Assembly: GCA_964522715.1 (NCBI GenBank)
Contig: CAZFWY010000007.1
Coordinates: 1 to 43,182, forward strand
Length of the DNA: 43,182 nt
DNA from: an uncultured Thermofilaceae archaeon
Lineage (GTDB): Archaea; Thermoproteota; Thermoprotei; Thermofilales; JAPDKD01
Direction: 5' to 3'
Shown here: positions 40,535-43,182 of the stretch, piece by piece
Numbering within the stretch: position 1 is the first letter of the stretch
How the letters are laid out: every line of letters begins with the position of its first letter
The notes under the pieces: generated by a model
What the model was told of the DNA's origin: nothing
Databases searched by the model: none
Seen by the model: the letters and a program-made list of their open reading frames with translations, nothing else
Position numbers and translations under genes: made by a program

Positions 40535-41046
40535 TGATAGCCGCAGACGTGGTCAGGGCGCGGGGACACCCGAACGTTAGGGCAACTCATCAATCAACTC
40601 TAGAGATAACTAAAGAGACCTTCCTAACCCCCCGAGGAGACTGCATAATAGGAGTATCGGCCGATAAGGCGGCGGCAGACTTAAATGACCGAATCAAATC
40701 GGTTCTAAAAAACGACGAGTCCCTCGTCCTAGTCATAATACGGGTCGAAAACCTCTTCACGTCGGTGATGGCAAAGGGGTCTCGAAGTCTGCTCCTAACC
40801 AGCGAAACGTCTATAGTCGTCAGGAAAAGCACATACATAGATGATAGGACTGTGGCTATTAAGTCCGATAAAGCCGCTATAGACATACCGCGGCGCATAA
40901 CCCAGAAACTCAGGGGAAAATCGCCGCTAGAACTAACAATTATAGCCGCGTCGCCGCCACACACAGAACTCCTAAGAGGACTTATCCGAAAACCACTAAC
41001 AGCGTGGGTATTGAGCCGCTCCCTAATTTTAGAGACCACCTCGTAG
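40534..41046 (+). CDS. DUF371 domain protein
   Basis: ARGHPNVRATHQSTLEITKETFLTPRGDCIIGVSADKAAADL matches the DUF371 signature (H.N..A.H.TT.E.T......GDCI.GV.AD). Confidence 0.78.
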   Translation: MIAADVVRARGHPNVRATHQSTLEITKETFLTPRGDCIIGVSADKAAADLNDRIKSVLKNDESLVLVIIRVENLFTSVMAKGSRSLLLTSETSIVVRKSTYIDDRTVAIKSDKAAIDIPRRITQKLRGKSPLELTIIAASPPHTELLRGLIRKPLTAWVLSRSLILETTS

Positions 41047-41270
41047 GGCCTTACAGGCACGTAAACCACCTGGTGGTAGACGCAGACCTCTACTTATTAG
41101 ACGACTCGCTCGTAGCCGTAGCCGACGAGGAAAAAGAGTACCTACTCGGGGAAGTTGTAAGGATATTGAGAGAACGCGGCGCGGTAGTAGTTGTCACTTC
41201 AAGGGCTAGACCCAATATTAACGCCTCACCAGTAGACCTGAGGAAGTTCTCCACTTTCTGCCTAAAGTAG
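41004..41270 (+). CDS. Hypothetical protein (coding strand uncertain)
   Basis: The 88-aa plus-strand ORF (HLVVDADLYLLDDSLVAVADEEKEYLLGEVVRILRERGAVVVVTS) looks more protein-like than the overlapping Ser/Thr-rich 79-aa minus-strand ORF. Confidence 0.3.
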   Translation: MGIEPLPNFRDHLVGPYRHVNHLVVDADLYLLDDSLVAVADEEKEYLLGEVVRILRERGAVVVVTSRARPNINASPVDLRKFSTFCLK

Positions 41271-41477
41271 CTAAAGCCTACTTGGCCCCTATAAATCCTC
41301 CAGCTAGGCGATAGTTCACACTGTATCATTAGAAGATGATTTTCTTAACCAACGCTCGATATAGGCTGCGCTCCCCGTTAGGCGGCATCTCTGTTTCATA
41401 TGGATAAAAGAAAACCCGTAAGTTTTCCCTCCGGCGAAAATAAATAAATCCTAGCCCTACTACTAACCACTACCGGA

Positions 41478-41554
41478 GGGCCCGTAGCTCAGGAGGTCAG
41501 AGCGGCGGGCTTTTAACCCGTAGGTCCCGGGTTCGAGTCCCGGCGGGCCCGCCA
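41478..41554 (+). tRNA. tRNA-Lys(UUU), no intron, CCA encoded
   Basis: Acceptor GGGCCCG/CGGGCCC, D arm GCUC-AGGAGGUCA-GAGC, anticodon arm GCGGG-CUUUUAA-CCCGU, T arm CCGGG-UUCGAGU-CCCGG. Confidence 0.92.
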
Positions 41555-41634
41555 TTTTCTCCCCACTCATTGAGGTGGGCGTTCTGGCCTTCTATACAAG
41601 ATTTATAAAGTTATTTATAGCGAGTACCTCTGCT

Positions 41635-42012
41635 TTACTCGCGCCTCGCTGATAGCCATCTTGCTACCAGTCCTGCGATCCCACCTATGAGGGAGGTTAT
41701 CAGGACTATGATCGCCACTATAATGGGCATTAAGAGGGTCAATACGGCGCCTACCAAGAAACCCCAGCTCCCCCCTACCTCGACAGGAGATATCATGCTG
41801 ACTAGTAAAGAGGCGAACGAGTAGAGGACTGTGTTTACCAATACATACCTCAACCCCTTCAAACCGCTCGAGTGACACGAGGCCCAGCAGGACGCCGCGG
41901 GGAACAGTACGAGAGCTAGGAAGAGCAGGCCTTTCACCTCCACGATAGCGTTTAAGAGTAAGCAGAGTAGGCCGAGGACCACGAAGACAACTTCCAACCC
42001 AAGCCTTTTCAT
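41635..42012 (-). CDS. Small polytopic membrane protein, paralog of 42058-42492
   Basis: 125 aa with 4 hydrophobic segments. Shares KGL.Y.L.N..LY.F.SL. and II.AIIVL.TS.IG...G..AR blocks with its neighbour. Confidence 0.65.
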   Translation of the reverse strand: MKRLGLEVVFVVLGLLCLLLNAIVEVKGLLFLALVLFPAASCWASCHSSGLKGLRYVLVNTVLYSFASLLVSMISPVEVGGSWGFLVGAVLTLLMPIIVAIIVLITSLIGGIAGLVARWLSARRE

Positions 42013-42057
42013 GTAACTGGCACCCCACGCATCCGGTTGTTTCTCCTAGGAGTAGGG

Positions 42058-42492
42058 TCAGTACTCCTCCCTTCTCCTCCTTCTTCTCAAAGTCCTCAGA
42101 ACTTTGCTGGACACTGCGACCCTAGCCAGGAACCCTACAATGCAACCTATGATGGAAGTAGCCAGCACTATGATCCCGACTACTACGGGTGCAAAGAGCG
42201 CCAAAATCACTTTTAATATCTGCCCTAACTGCCCAAGGGACTCTAAGGGGGAGAAGCCAGCCACGAGGAACGTTATCAGGGACACGAACATGTAAAGGAG
42301 GGGGTTTATCAGCAAGTACACCAGTCCCTTAGCCCCCTTCACGTAGCAGGCGAGCGCCACCGTTAACAGGGGGAACACGCTTAGTGATAAGAGAATCAGC
42401 AGTAACCCAGCGTTCACAAATGCCCCTAAAATTAAGGAAACTAAGCCTATACCTAGTAAAATAAGCTCTAAAGGCAAATCATCATCCCCCAA
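42058..42492 (-). CDS. Small polytopic membrane protein, paralog of 41635-42012, with a C-terminal RRRRRREEY tail
   Basis: 144 aa with the same TM layout and the conserved blocks listed for the neighbouring paralog. Confidence 0.65.
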   Translation of the reverse strand: MGDDDLPLELILLGIGLVSLILGAFVNAGLLLILLSLSVFPLLTVALACYVKGAKGLVYLLINPLLYMFVSLITFLVAGFSPLESLGQLGQILKVILALFAPVVVGIIVLATSIIGCIVGFLARVAVSSKVLRTLRRRRRREEY

Positions 42493-42645
42493 TACACGAA
42501 TATTTAGACGGTTATTTATTTATCGCTAGAAAAGCTGGCAACACTATGGTTAATACTCTGAAATCGAAGGTTCAAGAGGGTTACATAGAGAGACCAAAAC
42601 ATAAAAGCGGTAAACATATAACCCCTTAACCATAAATCCAAGATA

Positions 42646-42785
42646 GCGGCCGTAGTCTAGCCTGGACTAGGATGGCGGCCCTCCAAGCATTAACAAACCT
42701 GCGCGGGCGAGGAAAGCCGCAGAGCGGCACGCATAGGTGCGTGCCGCCGTGGACATCCCGGGTTCGAATCCCGGCGGCCGCACCA
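42646..42785 (+). tRNA. tRNA-Gly(UCC) candidate with two introns (42686-42714 at 37/38; 42723-42754 at about 45/46); CCA encoded
   Basis: Acceptor GCGGCCG/CGGCCGC with discriminator A, and T arm CCGGG-UUCGAAU-CCCGG. Intron 1 has a clean bulge-helix-bulge: stem GCGGC/GCCGC, 4-bp helix CCUC/GAGG, 3-nt bulges CAA and AAA. A 7-9-bp hairpin (GGCACGC...GCGUGCC) sits in the second insert. The mature loop would read CCUCCAA, which gives an unusual C33. Confidence 0.78.
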
Positions 42786-42851
42786 ACCTTACTATTTAAC
42801 TTAATACTTTGCTAGAAATTAGTTCTAAAAAAAAGGCAAAATAATTCCTTT

Positions 42852-43182
42852 TCACTTTTCTTTGAGTAGGTGCGTATACCTAAAGAAGCTGTCTGCAGCC
42901 ACGGTTACGATCGTACCTTTCCCCATTTCTTCAGCTACCCTTATGGCTGCGGCTACGTGGGCTCCCGTTGACATCCCTCCTAAGATCCCCTCCTCTTTAG
43001 CCAGCCTGATCATGTACTCTACAGCCGTTTTGACGATACCTCGACGATCTCATCTACTACGCTAGGGTCGAAGAGCGGGGGTCTATAGTGTTCTACGAGT
43101 CCCTCGATGTACTCGTCTTTCTCCCCGCCAGCTAGGACGCTCCCTTTAGGAGTTACGGCTACAACCCTGCACTCAGGTTTTT
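42852..43182 (-). pseudogene. 3' part of a PLP-dependent cysteine synthase-family gene (CysK/CysM-like); continues beyond the window; apparent 1-nt frameshift
   Basis: Minus-strand frames: ...KPECRVVAVTPKGSVLAGGEKDEYIEGLVEHYRPPLFDPSVVDEIVEVSSKRL* then (other frame) ...VKTAVEYMIRLAKEEGILGGMSTGAHVAAAIRVAEEMGKGTIVTVAADSFFRY...*. One extra A in the A4 run (plus-strand T4, 43028-43031) would restore a single frame. Confidence 0.6.

Noticed and set aside
40590-41069. 159-aa minus-strand ORF
   Set aside because: It is fully antisense to the DUF371 gene, which carries a recognisable signature.
41615-42028. 137-aa ORF overlapping the 125-aa membrane protein in another frame
   Set aside because: It is Arg/Gly-rich and non-hydrophobic. 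The 125-aa frame is supported by clear paralogy with the neighbouring 144-aa protein.

Overview
This window looks like a dense, mostly housekeeping chromosomal segment from a hyperthermophilic crenarchaeon (Thermoproteota, Desulfurococcales-like). The evidence is the gene content: an archaeal r-protein cluster containing an RNase P Rpp29 gene, an A1Ao ATP synthase, FEN-1, Cdc48, archaeal DtdA, genomically encoded CCA on tRNAs, and tRNA introns including a non-canonical position.

Content from left to right:
- HEPN/MNT pair.
- A short r-protein block (L22-S3-L29-Rpp29-S17-L14), followed by a wHTH/PD-(D/E)xK nuclease-like gene and an intron-containing tRNA-Thr.
- A minus-strand four-gene block: PhoH-like ATPase with KH domains, type IA topoisomerase, an unknown protein, and a DHH/DHHA1 phosphoesterase.
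- About 1 kb of decayed or non-coding DNA.
- An iron module: feoA-feoA-feoB, a small membrane protein, an IS-type zinc-ribbon remnant, and a DtxR-family repressor.
- Several envelope and membrane proteins, dtdA, and an M48 protease paired with a nuclease-like/HTH protein.
- A complete but strand-scrambled ATP synthase cluster (F-like, F | H, E, I, K | C | A, B, D).
- leuS, cdc48, fen, pcm and DUF371.
- tRNA-Lys, two paralogous small membrane proteins, a tRNA-Gly candidate with two introns, and the frameshifted 3' end of a cysteine-synthase-family gene.

I found no CRISPR array, no cas genes, no intact IS or provirus, and no recognisable multi-gene defence island.

The signals most worth a second look:
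1. A perfect 237-bp in-frame direct repeat, 480 bp apart, inside atpI.
2. A lower-GC, TTA/AAA/GAA-rich compositional patch. It covers exactly the stalk and membrane ATPase genes, includes tandem F-subunit paralogs, and excludes atpABD.
3. The tightly packed PhoH-KH / topoisomerase / unknown / DHH block.
4. TTAGA-based palindromes placed like a DtxR operator at the feoA promoter.
5. The double-intron tRNA.

All functional calls come from motif recognition by eye. No database search was run.
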